A DNA stretch of 64,000 nt from Psilocybe cubensis (taxonomy: Eukaryota). The DNA lies in NCBI GenBank assembly GCA_017499595.2, contig CM039004.1, forward strand, positions 1,054,001-1,118,000, given 5' to 3'. Shown here one piece after another: positions 25,468-39,027 of this stretch (its first letter is position 1; the number at the start of each line of letters is the position of its first letter). The notes under the pieces are model-generated. The model had not been told where the DNA came from, did not search any database, and saw nothing but the letters and a program-made list of their open reading frames with translations. The position numbers were made by a program, and so were the translations under genes.

Positions 25468-26628
25468 CGTTGTAACAAAACTTTACTTCGTGTGCTTATG
25501 TTGACGCTTTTATGTTGTCCTGTATTTATGTCCTGATCATTCTGCTCACTTTTACCCACCTACTTTTAAGTATTAAAAATGTACGTCAATATTGGAGATA
25601 TCTTGGGATCACATAGCTGATGAACAACATCTTTAATCATTCCTCTAAAGGACCATCTCCGATCACCCAACTCCGTGAGCACTGAACATATACAAAGAGT
25701 GCCAGTGTATGGATCCGCCAAGTTCGCTTTGACTGGTGCAAAACGAATCCAAACATAACACTCGGTCTTCCAGCACCGCTTATTTCCAGCCATGAATTTT
25801 TTGACGGCGCTAATTTTCTTGTTGTATCAGCAAGACACCTCTTTGAGGAAGAAAAGGCCGAGCCCTGAAGGTGGCTCCCACGCTGGTACACCTGCCCCTA
25901 GTGAGAAGATATTAAAAGGCCCTGAGATGTCACTTTTTGTCAGTGTCACTCTTATCAACAGCCACTCTGATGCCGCCCTTTATTCTGCTGCAGATTGTTG
26001 ACACTTGGGACTGCTACGCCGTGGCATAGCTCTGACACTTGCGACAGATCGAAGGACGGGCAGGAAGGAGACGAACAGATAGTGATGATCTTCCAGATGG
26101 ATAATTCAAGCGTACATATGTCACAGGGAGCTGCTCGGAAGATCCCCACTGAATGCGTTTCCAGAAAGTGCACATTAACCCATAATCTCACGACAAAAAA
26201 GGTCGAATGGAGCCTCAATCTTTCTTCGAATACCTACAGTTGTCCAATAATGGTCGACATGTGCACATGCTTCTATTGCATGCGCCTTATTCTACCCAGT
26301 TGCAGAGTCACACGCAAAATCATTTTCATAGTAGCCTCAACCCCGAACAAAACCCGTCGATTCGACCTGAAATGGAATTTTGCACTCCGCACTAAAGTAA
26401 ACCATACGGGGGCAATATACGTTCTAGATGATCGTTCTCACTGAACTTGTGAAACGCCAATCCATTGTTGGTGAAAATATTTTTACATCGTTTTGACTCG
26501 GCATCAAGTAGTCGTGCGACCAACTGGGCTTTTAACGACCGCCCCTTTCGCCTCCCTGCTTTTTTCCTCGTGAAGCCCTCCAAACAAAACAATTTGATCG
26601 ACATCTAGAGAACGCGCTCAGTGTCCCG

Positions 26629-28550
26629 ATGGACAATGGCATTCCATCCATGCCTGGTCTCCTCACTAGCATATCTGCAACGAAGGTATTTTTTGTTGTT
26701 GTTCTTGAGCTCATTCATAGTTCATTAATGACATTTGACCAAGTACGCAACTGGTTGGTTATGTTGCCATATCGTATCCCATTTTCTTTGTCAATGACGA
26801 CAACCTTGTTTCTCATCATAGTGGCCTCGGTTTCCTTCTTATTGTACGATATGGCTCTAACGCTGGACGCAGAGGTGCGGCTCGAATATGTGTATGCATA
26901 ATATCTCATTTTCCCTGTGCGCTTTCTAGGTGGCCAGAGTGTGGATGGCGAGGAAGACGCTTGGGACAACTCTATTCTTTCTTGTGAGAAATGGTTCTTA
27001 AACCAATGATTGCCAGTCACTGATACTATTCTGTAGAACCGATATATTCCACCTCTTCTATTCGGTTTCGATCTCTCTGGTGCGAAATTCGTTTCCGCTG
27101 ATATGACTAAATCTTAATTCTTTCATTTTCAACAAGCTCAATTTATGCTTTCGCCGAGTGTCAAGGTTCGTTAAGTTATAACATCCGGAAGTTTGCCTCT
27201 CTGAAGTTCGATCCAGTTGTACGATATTCAGTATCCTTGGCCATTCTTACGTCCTGTCCTGATCTTAATATAGTTGCAAAAACTATGAATTATCGTCGAC
27301 AATATTGGATCTGGTATCCATAGCGGTCATTGAGTGTGAGTCGTTAATATTTTGTTATTCGGACATTCGAGCTCTCATTTACATACGATTCAAGGTGTTC
27401 TTATAATGCGAACACATGCGTTATATCAGAACAAACTTATTCTGAGTGTGCTCGTTTGCCTGTGCATAGTAAGCCTCAATATTAGATTGAACTGAAAATT
27501 TTAATCATCTCAATCTCTGCAAGTGTTCAATGGCCATCATGTTAACTTGCTTTTTAATCGTATTCAAACGCGAAACATGTAAGATTGGTATCTTCCTTCT
27601 GCTAATGGCACGATATGACACCCATTAGTTATACCCGCAAGCGCTATTGGGTTCAGAGGCTGCTTGTCAGGTTGCACCAGTTCATTGTGTCAACCATTGT
27701 TAATCGCATTCTGGATCCCTTTCTTTTGCTTTGAGACCAGTGAGTTGTCTGTCTATCTTTAAGTCCGAACTTCGTCATCTGATTTTATTGATAGTGGTAT
27801 TTGTGCTTACTGTTTGGAAATCATATCAATCCTGTTTGTCGTACTATGAATCATGATACAAAGTATATATAGCTTCTAACGTGGCGGTTTGACAGTCCAA
27901 TACCTGAAGGTTACAGGATCTGCAAATATCATCAAAATTCTTGCACGAGATGGTCGGTTTTTACAGCCATAACATGATTTGACTCTATCAACTAATTTTA
28001 TTTATTTAGGAATTTTGTATTATATTGGTCCGTATACCTTTTTGTTTCATACGACTCTACCATATAGACTGATGAATTGTCGGTGTGATGATAATATCTC
28101 TGTTCAGTCATTATATGTCAGTACTTCCAAAGAAGTGCAATTTTCTTGAGGAGCACTTATGTTACTACGATTGCCTCCTTGCAGCTATATCCATATGCAA
28201 TTTCTTGATATGGATTTTTGATCCTTTCGCATCATATCTCGCTGTAGGCTTGCTGAAAAGTCTACAAGCTACGATTTGTTCAAGGTGAGTTTACAACATG
28301 GCAGTCTCTAAGAATCCACCATGTATAAAAACATTGACCCAGGATACTACTCAACCTACGAGGAATACTTGAAACTAAGGCCTCAAATATGTCCCAATTA
28401 GACTATCCCAATTCGTTTATCAGCCTGAATGATATGGGACCACACATAACTGGGAACACCATCGACGCGTTTGCAGATCCACTTTCCAGAACGAATATTT
28501 CCGCGACTACAGGCCCAGAAGGCAGGTATTCAGTGGGCAGATATACATGA
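26629..28550 (+). CDS. DUF6533-type multi-pass membrane protein (many short exons)
   Basis: Spliced VASVSFLLYDMALTLDAE|VARVW...TTLFFL|NRYIP, LIMRTHALY, WIPFFCFET, KILARD|G, S|RILLNLRG. Confidence 0.75.
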
Positions 28551-29575
28551 AAAAATAAACGGTGCTACCCCTCGCTTTTTGTATCTTTATGAGTATCTGG
28601 TGCAAACGAGCACTTGATTGTAAATACAACATATTGTTTGACATGCTTCAGTGTACTATTTACCTCGCTTACCGCAGATGATTATCGGTGTATATTTATG
28701 CCATGACAGGATTGGAGGCTATATTCAGGCCTTCAAAACTAAGTAACGTCTCACACTACTACGCTAAAACTTAAGCATAGTTATCGCATTGGACGCCTTT
28801 AGAGATTACTTGTCTTTGGACGCCGAAAGCATCATAACAACCTTTTGATCTTATTTCTACATTAGATCACCTAATCCACTATATATAATGATGGGCATCA
28901 TTTCCTTGAGCTTGGCTCCAACGAGCGGGTTTCACGCATTAATTATTCTTACTAAACTACTAACAATGATTTCCACCAGTGAAAAAATCTAGTAAGAAGT
29001 AATATTCTTGTGCAACAATCTGCTGTGTATTCAAAGACTTCACGGGTTGAGACCACTACCCTGTTTGACGAGTCGTGACAGGTTCCGACCAACAAGGACA
29101 CTGATAAAGATAAACGCACGAAAAACGACTCACTGATTGATAAGAAAGATAAAGATAACAGATAATTCAAAGACTACAAAGTTCTCTTGTACCATGGATT
29201 TGTCTGTACTTATGGCAACACTTAACGGTCGTGTACTACTGGCAAAGGGATAGGTTTGGGAATGTGCTGGTTTGATTCAAGAGACATCAGTAAATGCACG
29301 TGTGCTTTCTTAATGAACGTTAAATCAGGATTGGGAAGTTCCTCACTTGCTCTTAGCCGCATCGGATATAATCTATTCGTCATTTGGTGTTCTCCGAATG
29401 GTTTCAGATGTAAGCTCAGCCAGTCACCCCGGCCTTCACGCTATAAACTAAAGGCCTCAGTGTTGAGTTTGATGATACCCCTCGAGACACCCTAAGTTAA
29501 CCACTCCCCACAACTCCCCGCCAGTGTCTGCCGTTTTCTACAGTCACCCTTGACTGGCCAGGGGACACAATCTAG

Positions 29576-31395
29576 ATGGCAGACTTGTATCAACACTACG
29601 AATCGACAACAATTGATCTATTGTTGTCACTCAAAACTACTCAAGTAGGTGCCAGATGTAATATTTCGTCGTACGCTTTCTTACCGGAAAAGTAGTACTT
29701 GTCTGGTTCGTATGCCTCGACGTTGCCTCGGGTAACGGGAAGAAATTGACATTCGGCCGACAGTGGTAGCCGTCACGATTCTAATATGGGACATGCTTAT
29801 CTCGCTGGATATTGAGGTTTGAGTGCACGGAAACAGTTTTGGAGGTATCCGTTGACAGTGCATAACAGGTGGAGAGGGTATGGCGTGCGAAGAAGACCTT
29901 TGGGACCTCTTTATTCTTCTTGGTGAATCTAATAGGTGCATGTCAAAGCGCCGGAACTCACAATGCACTAGAATCGATATGGCACCCTCGTCACTGTACT
30001 ATACAGCTTTCTTTGTGAGGTCCATGTCGTAGTTGAGATATGCGATGATGGCTAATGAAAGAACGATAGATGAGCTTATGGCCTCTCCATCCGATCATGT
30101 GAGTAATTTCTTTCTTTCCAACAAGGATAACGCTCTAATTTATTATAGTTGTAAGCATCTCTGGCTGAGTCCTGCAAAATACCCCGCTTACAAACATCCT
30201 AAACTATACAGCTGTCGTAGCTTCTTGGTATCGTTTGGCGTTCTCAGTCAAGTTTCAGTTCTCACAATTGAATGTGATTTTGTATTTCATTCCCAATTTC
30301 GTTTAACCAAGCTAATGGGCATGTGATAGGGGTTTGCATCTTGCGGACAACTGCTTTGTATAAGAGTAAAATTCTATTTATTACCCTAATATTATTATGC
30401 GCCGTAAGTGACTCTTCCAAAAAAAACAAGGGCTTGCATTACTGACCAGTCATCGCCGCAGATCACGACAGCTCACATCATCGTATGTTTTGTGTTGATA
30501 ATTGTAAAAACGGATTGTAAGGTTTATTTTCCACATATCCGATTGATTTACCCAACCTGGTATTGCGTTTTGTCAGTCACGCAAGATAAACCTATCGGTT
30601 ACCCACATTGTTATGCCCAATGCACCACTTCAATATGCACAACGGCAATTTCTATGATTTGGATACCTTTCTTTGCTTTTGAAACAAGTAGGTCTGCCGC
30701 AGGGACATGATGTCTAATATATTCTCATTGTTCTGCGGTAGTTATTCTGGCCCTGACGGTCAAAAAATTCTTTGAAGACATTATTTCATGTTTCGAACGC
30801 ACCGAAAATGGATTGTGGAAACTTCGTATTCGATTCGGGGTCGGCCGTTCAACAGTGTTGGCGATGGTTATGCGAGATGGTAAGTGCCCACCATCATTTC
30901 AGATATGTCATAATATGTGTTAATTCATTTTGGGGTCGCAGAGCTATTGTACTACTTCGGTGAGCTTTCTAACACTATTGTGGATTTGCTGCTGACGCAC
31001 CTCATTTTTAAGTTTTTATGGGTGAGAAATGCAAGCATATTGCCTTCAAAACTTGTCGCTAATGAAAGACACCAGCCGTGTGTGTCGGAAATCTCATCCT
31101 CGATATTTTGGAACCAGAAAATTTCTTCTATGGTCTTGCAATTGGGAGGGCGCTTCAGTCAGCTGTTTGTTCTCGGTGTGTTGAGGTGTCCTAAAAATTG
31201 AATCGATACTGACTCGACGGACAAAGAATGCTGCTCAATTTGAGAGGAATGCTAGAAAGCCAGAAAATCCAAACACAATTCATCCCAACCACTTGCCACG
31301 GTACGCTTTTACAGCTCTCCTCTGCATCACTTCCACAGTCTGGCTTTCTGGATGGAGAAGACATCGCGGAGTGTAGACGAGAAGAGAGATACTGA
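29576..31395 (+). CDS. DUF6533-type multi-pass membrane protein, tandem paralog of 26629-28550
   Basis: VAVTILIWDMLISLDIE|VERVW...TSLFFL|NRYG, ILRTTALY, WIPFFAFET, LAMVMRD|, RMLLNLRG. Integrity of every exon was not verified. Confidence 0.7.
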
Positions 31396-32236
31396 ACGGA
31401 CGGTGCTTGCCAATGACTAGCTTTGTATCAATATTGACTTATTACCTGCGCACGGGATGTATTTTTACCATTATTATCTTGCTTTTGAGAATAAATACAA
31501 GTCCTTTTAATAGAACCCTTGGAGTGAGCCCGGATTTCGGAAGAATATACATATATTTTAGATTTACTCTCAGAGTAACAAGCAATTTGACGAACCGGAG
31601 GACGGTAATAATCTTCGAGGTACCTTCCGACTCCCGAGACAATGTCGAGTCTATTTCCACGTGCGGACCTTGGTGAGAAAGAGCGGCAAAGATTGACAGG
31701 AAATGATCCTAAGCCATTGAATGTCCATATCTTCGGACCCGCTGCCTTCTGGGACTAATGTTGAGAATAAGTTGAGGGACGAGTATATGCGTGGTAAAAT
31801 GCCAGTACATTGGTTATCCCGCTTCATCTCAAAGGAACCGGCTAAAGATTGTCAGAAATATTGCCGTAGTTGCGAGAACCAGCACAAAGTTGCGCCGGAT
31901 TAAGAAGACTGGCATATATACGACTTAAAATGCGTTCTTTTGCCTGGCGTTTTTCAGAAAAATCATGTCGTTTGGGCCATGTTTAAGCCTGATGATCTGG
32001 CTTATATTCTATCATTTGGGGATGTGAGATCAGATATTGACCTTGTATATGAAGAGGTTGAAGAAAGACCGGCACAAGAACCACATAACGTCGGGAAAGT
32101 GTTTTTGTAACAAGTGACACGGTGACCGCCATCAGGACACGTCAGTGCATTCGGTGGAATCCTCCATAAATACCATGTTCAATATCGCAAGATCTCTTTC
32201 CACAGTCCTCCTTGAGAGAAGATAGACCCTACAGCC

Positions 32237-33718
32237 ATGATATTGGCCACCCAGCTCATTGCTCTCACCACCCTTGCCCTGACCCCTTCATTGGTGTCTG
32301 CGGGCTTGTTCCCGAAAGATTCACTTGTGAAACCTTTGGATGCGAAGACATTCAAGCAAGCGATGAAGGCCAACGTAAGTCTGTTACCTAGAGTTGATTG
32401 AAGCAGAGCTGACACGTCCTTTAGCAAACGAGCTTGGTCGCGTTTGTGGCTCCTTGGTGTGGGGTAGGTATTTTTATGCATTTACATTAGAGCGTAAACT
32501 GAAGGCCAACTTTGTAGCACTGTCAGAAAATGGTGCCGGAGTACAGCAAGGCAGCTCTTGGACTCTATCCTCTTATTCCCACCTACGCCGTTAATTGCCA
32601 TGCTGAGAAAAATAAGCGTCTTTGCGCAGAACAGGTGGGTGATATCCATTTCGGAGTGGACAGGTGCTGACCGAAGCTCTAGGGCGTTCAAGGCTTCCCC
32701 ACCGTCAAGGTATGGTCTTTTTTCTTTAGCCGGAGCAGTTACTGACACTTAATACAGCTATTCCCGAGGGGAAATACACAGGCCCCCATTCTCTATGATG
32801 CGGAACGGACTGCTAGTGGTTTTTGGTACTTTGCTACCAGACGAGTTCCTAAAGCCTATGAGAAATTTTATTCAGTAGATGATATTCCGGGATGGGTTTC
32901 GAGTGTTCGTTTTATTTCCATCTAAATGCTAAAATGTATATTGATGAATTCCACCTACAGAACGTCAAGAAGCACCGCACCCTTCTTCTAACAAAGGATA
33001 AGAAGGTGCCGCTCTTATGGCAGGTGCTTGCCAACAAATATTCCCATACTGACCTTGTCTTTGCGTCACATCGTGACCGCAAAGGCAAGTCGTCAATTAA
33101 AATGGGTCTTGAGGATACGAAGGAAGGCAAGGTACTTATATACCCCGCTGGATCCACCACACCTATACGTTATACAGGTCCGTTTTACTTGTTATTGTCT
33201 GTGCCATTTCCAGCTTTCTAATTAGTTCACGCCAACTAGGTATCCTCAAACATGATTCATTGATCAAGTTCTTTGACTCTGTCTTGGATGGTACTGCCGA
33301 GTTGACCCAGATCATCGAGGAGGCCGAAGCAGAGGAATTCGTTCCTGATCCTGAAGAGCTAGAGATCGAAAGAAAGCAGGAAGCACAGAAGATTGCTCTT
33401 ATGCATGGAGGATATACAGATCTTATTGACTTTGAAAAAGCAATGTTGGAAGGCGGGGCCAATTACCATGATACCCACGGATATGGCGCTATGATAGGTG
33501 GCATCCCCGAACACATGAAGAAGAAACAAGCAGAAAAGAAAGTTCCCCAGGAGCCCCTCGACAAACCAGAAACACCCAGCATTTCTGTTGGCGATGCTCC
33601 CATCACAACTCATCCTCCAACAGCCACCCCAGATGTCAAGGCACCGTCAGACGCCGATCAAGTTCCTCTTGGACAACGAGCTGCTGAAGCCACAGGGACA
33701 AGCAGGGATGAACTGTAA
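32237..33718 (+). CDS. Protein disulfide isomerase, MPD1/PDIA6-like thioredoxin-domain ER protein
   Basis: Signal peptide, spliced active site FVAPWCG|HCQK, GVQGFPTVK|LF, and C-terminal ER-retention signal RDEL. Confidence 0.92.
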
Positions 33719-34165
33719 TTTAGCTTAATATCATGCTTTATGACTTGGGTCTGTGGAATATACAATCAATATCATTATTATCACTTCTTGTTTGACCATG
33801 GAAAACGTATACGTAGTTCATTTGATATTCTATCTCTGAGTCGAGAGCCTGAAGGATTTCTTTGTGACACGCGTCTCATAGGCGCGTCAGTCCTCTCTGT
33901 TTCAGAGTCACCACGTGGTCTTTGTCACGCAAGTGTCAACCTGATTTCCATTGGACGCAACTCTACTATGAGGGTTAGTCATCATCGCGTTCGACACTTC
34001 CTCTCCGCTGCTTCTCCATACACCTCAACGTATGGGTGATTAATCTTACGAAAAAGGCCTTGTTGAAGATTTTACTTGATATAAGATTGTTCGAGATTGT
34101 CTTCAACGATTGGACCATCGAGCAACCGTCGATAACTCACATATCTCGAACGGATTACTGGAATC

Positions 34166-37100
34166 ATGGCTCGGGGACACCATCCTTCTACACCGGAGAC
34201 AGTGGCTCTGCCTAAAGTCGAATTCGAAATCATACTCGATGAAAAATCTAAACAACCAAGTGGCAGTTTTTCCAAACAGGCTATATCTTTTGGATGTGAG
34301 TGGCCTAGTGCACCAGCTCCCCGGATTATGCTAATCATGAATACAACAGTTAACACCCACGCATACTTTACCAAACCGGAGCACTACATCAGGCATACAG
34401 GTAGCTATACCACTGCTATAAAAGTACTTCATAATGATACATTTTCACAGACCCATTGGAAAGTGACCTTTCGAAGACAGTTGAATATGATATGGATGAA
34501 CAAGGTATATCGTCACTCCACCATCATGTTGTTGACTCCGTTTAACTACTTATATCAGACGAAGCTTGGTTGAACCTTGTAAATGCTGAGAGAAAGAAGA
34601 ATGGTTTCGGTACCGTGTCATTGGAGGACTTCGAAATTATCATGGATCGATTGGAAAAAGAATGGTTTGACTTGGTAAGCTCTCACCTACTTCCGAATCA
34701 GCCCCTTTTTTGACTTCTGTGCACTACAGACAAAAAACATTCCCAAACCAGAGTTTGCTATGCCATCCGAAGACTCTACTTGCGCCATTTGCGACGATTC
34801 AGAGGGAGAAAACAGTAATGCTATTGTATTCTGTGACGGCTGTAATTTGGCTGTGCATCAAGGTGAGTTACGTTTTACTTCTGGATCTATCTCTCTGCCT
34901 TGACGCAAAATATAAATTAGATTGTTATGGAGTACCTTATATTCCCGAAGGACAGTGGCTTTGCAGGAAGTGTACAGTTTCGCCTGAAAACCCTGTGGTG
35001 TGTATGGCGATCTTTTTTATTTAAAATAATAATTTAATGCAAACCGTCAGAGTTGCTACTTGTGTCCAAACGAAGGTGGTGCATTTAAGCAAACAACGCA
35101 TGGTGAATGGGTTCATTTGTTGTGTGCAATCTGGATACCGGAAACCCGAGTCGCGAACGAAGTCTTCATGGAGCCTGTAACTGGAGTGGAAAGGATTTCT
35201 AAACAACGATGGAAGCTGGTGAGTCATTATGGCATGCTTCATTCCACTTGCTAATGTTTGTAGAGGTGCAGCATATGTGAAGTTAGAGAAGGCGCGTGCA
35301 TTCAATGCACTAAACCCTCATGTTTCGTGGCATTCCATGCCACATGCGCGCGGAAGGAAAAGCTGTTAATGCCAATGAAAAGCGCTCATGGCTCAGAGCC
35401 TGCGTCTTTGACCTGCTTTTGCGACAAACATTTGCCGGTATGTCTTTAATGTTTTATATTTTGCATTTGTCTCATGCATCCACAGCCGGAACAACAAGAA
35501 GTGCGTGCAACTGCTTTGGAGGGTGAGGAAAAACAAGATCGAGCGGGACAAAACACTTCGAAGGCCGCTAGAGCGTACGCCAAGACATACAAACCAGGGC
35601 CGCCATTGGTGCCTGCAATTATCGTAAAGCGCATCTTGATATACATCAAGCGGTTGAATATCAGAAAAAAGCAGGAGTTCTTACAACAGATGTGCCGATA
35701 TTGGAGCTTAAAGCGCGAAGCTCGAAGAGGAGCTCCTTTATTGAAAAGATTACATTTGGAACCCTGGACTTCGACGGCAGCCACGAAAGTGCTCACCCAG
35801 GAAGAACGACTAATGCGTATCGACGTATGATTTCGCAGTCTATTCTTTGAGACTCATCTAATTAATGCATTCTAGCAACTTAAACGTCTACGACAAGATT
35901 TGATCAACGTTCGAGGTCTAACAGATCTTTGTCGCAAAAGGGAGATTCGCAAATACAGGCAAATGGAGGTTATCTATGACGTGCTAGCTCAGACCCTTTT
36001 CCCTTCACATCAGGCTATACGGGATGCATTTGAAGTTGTACAAGGGTAAAGCTTTTTTCCCTGTTATTATAGGTTGTTGGCTGACTACTTCTACTAGTCT
36101 CGACAAAGACGATTACTTCAAAAATCCAGTTTCGAAAAGTGATGTCCCGGATTACTATGAAATCATTAAACACCCCATGTGCTGGACAATCATTGACGCG
36201 AAGCTAGACCAGCACCAGTATTGGAACCTCGATGAATTTCGTGTGAGTTTCCATTTTCCCTCAATTACACAACGCCTACTTCTTCGACTAACTTCAGTGT
36301 AGCATGATTTGGAACTTGTGTCAGACAATGCACTACTATACAACCAACCCAAGACTGACTTTTACAACACCGCTAAGAAGACTAAGGAAAAGACGAGAGC
36401 AGTCCTGGACTCCCTGGAGTCCATTAGATACCATCACGATCCGTCATCTTGGGCGCATATGCCCCCGGAGCTCAAGCAAGAAGGCGAAGAAAATAACTCT
36501 GTACCACCTATTGGCGACCTTGAATCCCCGGTCAATGTTCTGGAACTCCTTATGACCTCAAATCCTATACGAGAAGATCTAAACATGGAAATGGAGACCG
36601 ATCCTGTGACTTCGCTACTGAACTATGAGTTCGCGAGAGTCAAACCACCTCCACTTCATCCGCCTACACCTCCACCAGTTCCTCATGCCAGACCTCGTAA
36701 GACAAAGGCTAAGCGCGACAGGAAGGCTGAAGCGGAACGGGCCAAGGCCAATAAGGAAGCTCGCGAGGCTGCAGAGGCGGTGGGAGTAGCGGGATATCGG
36801 TCATCAGCCTCAGAGTTCGAGAAGCAGGAGGACCAGGAAAAACAGGCACAGGAGCGCTTGAGAAGAAGCCTGGCAAGAGAGGAAGTAAAGGATCTCCATG
36901 CAGTTTTAGATGCATCAGCTGGATTCCGCGCTCCGCGTACCAGAAATGCAAAGGCTATCGCGGCAGCATTTGAGGCTGAGGCTCATAGTTCAAGCTCGGC
37001 TTCAGGGCCTGTCCTACCATTGTACCCTTCGGAACAGGAGACATTATCGGAGAATAGCAAAGCGGAGAGATTAAAGAAGCGATCTTCCATCGTTTCAATC

Positions 37101-38686
37101 AGCCAGCCCTCCACGCCAATGCTCGTCGATCATGTCGACAACAGGGATTCTTTCAACATGTTCAACGCTGGTTGGATCTTACCTCCAGACCAGAAACGTG
37201 GTGGTAGGGTACCTACCGAGAGGCAAGCCCTACCTCCCCCGAAGAAGCGGCAGAAAACTGGTAAGCGTTGATCTAGTTACAATAATGCCGATGCTGATGT
37301 TACCTTTGTGTAGATCATGGAGGTTTAAGGCTGTCAATTGTTAGCACAGCACCTTCAGAAGGCCATGATCCCAATAGCACGAACACTGCGCCGTCGTCTT
37401 CTGTCCCTCCTGAAAGCAAGTACCATCCTGATCATTCCGTAGATATCATGGATATAGATGAGCAAAGGGGCGCAGGACCATCCGTTCATCGAAACATTGA
37501 GCCATCTAGCATATCTCGGGCAGGATCACATTTGGGTGATAATGAGGTGGACGGACCTCTCAATGTCGTTACTCAACCAAACGGGGTTGTTATCATTGAG
37601 AAACTTGACACACCTGCTATTCGTCGCGAGCGCAACATGCGTAGGAAGGCAGAAAAAAGGCGGCAAGCCGCCCTTGGCCCTGATGGAACGTCCATCTCTG
37701 CAGGAAGTAGTACTATCTCTGGAATCAAGCCATCTGCAGATCAACCAGAGGAAATCACTTCTGGTAATTTCTCTCTACGACCTCCCGCCTCCATGGAAGA
37801 CGTCGAGGCTAACTCTGCGAAAGAAATTGTTCGTAATGGTGAAGACGATGACGAGTCTGAACTGAGTGAATTGAGCGATGACTCGGATGCCTCTGAATTT
37901 ATTGATGGAGAGGATGCTCCTCCTCCTACGCCGCCGCCGCCTCCAGTACACGTTCCTCCTCCACCAGTTTTCAAGGGACGAAAACCTCGGCCAAGGAAAG
38001 CCCCTCGAATGGAGCAATACGAGGACGGGACTGTCGGTAAGTTTCGGTTGTTCTTTAGTTTGCCACAATCTGACATTTTTATCACGAAAGTTTGGGCCAA
38101 ATCCGGTATGTTTAGAATTCGATTAACCAAAACCTGGCTCTGATGCGTTGGATTTAGACTCTTACCCATGGTGGCCTGCCGTAGTACACTCAGATACTAA
38201 TTCAGAAGTCCCTGGTAATATTTTGCAAGCTCACAAGGAAAAGCGAATGAAAAGGAAGATAAAACTGTTCATAGTACAATATTATGACAAACAGGCGTCA
38301 TGGTAAGCATTTGCTCCTCCTCAATTTGGTCAGTCACAATGAATTCGTTGTAGGCAAAGTGTTCCCAGGGATAAGCTTCAGCTTTTGGGCGAAGACAAAA
38401 GTGAGCAATATACCTCTGCCAGCATCAATGGTTATGAAATTGTCAATTTCGTCTAGATATCGATGAAGAGATGCTCTCATCTAATGCCAAGCAGAAGTGG
38501 AAGACTTCGGCCTCGAAGCAACAATGCCGAGAAGCTTATGAGTCAGTACTATGCTGCCTTTAGCCAGTCTCATTCTAACTCATTTTCAGGATGGCTCTGG
38601 CAGCGATTGACAACGATGGAAATCCTGCTCATCATGGCAGAACTCGACCTGGGACTAGCGGCGATACGAGTAATGCTGGGAAATAG
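34166..38686 (+). CDS. NTO1: NuA3/BRPF-like scaffold: EPL1 - PHD - ePHD - bromodomain - PWWP
   Basis: [100 protein letters not shown] and SYPWWPA. Confidence 0.9.
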
Positions 38687-39027
38687 AGATGCAAATTGTT
38701 TATGGCAACTTTGATGGCTATAATCACGATTATGCTTTCAATTTATATTATGTATTTCTTAACTATCTCTTGTATAATGTTTTGTTTGTTTCTGCACATT
38801 CTTTTTCACTCACAGAGAACTCGTCATCAAGAATTTTGGTGTGCCTTGAATGGGCTGGTCTTTTCACAAAGGTACTTATATGCACCAATTTTTCTACGAG
38901 TCTCAAAGGGGATGGCGTGAAAGGAAGCACCTACTGACTTAGTAGGCACCGGCCTCGTGTTGAGGCCTCCCTTTAACCGCAACCTTTGCCGCAGCATCCC
39001 CTCTTTCCTTCCAGTATACACACCACC

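Noticed and set aside
25566-26604. Overlapping short ORFs on both strands between RNH203 and the first DUF6533 gene
   Set aside because: No identifiable domain or coherent exon structure; may be a decayed gene but is unsupported.
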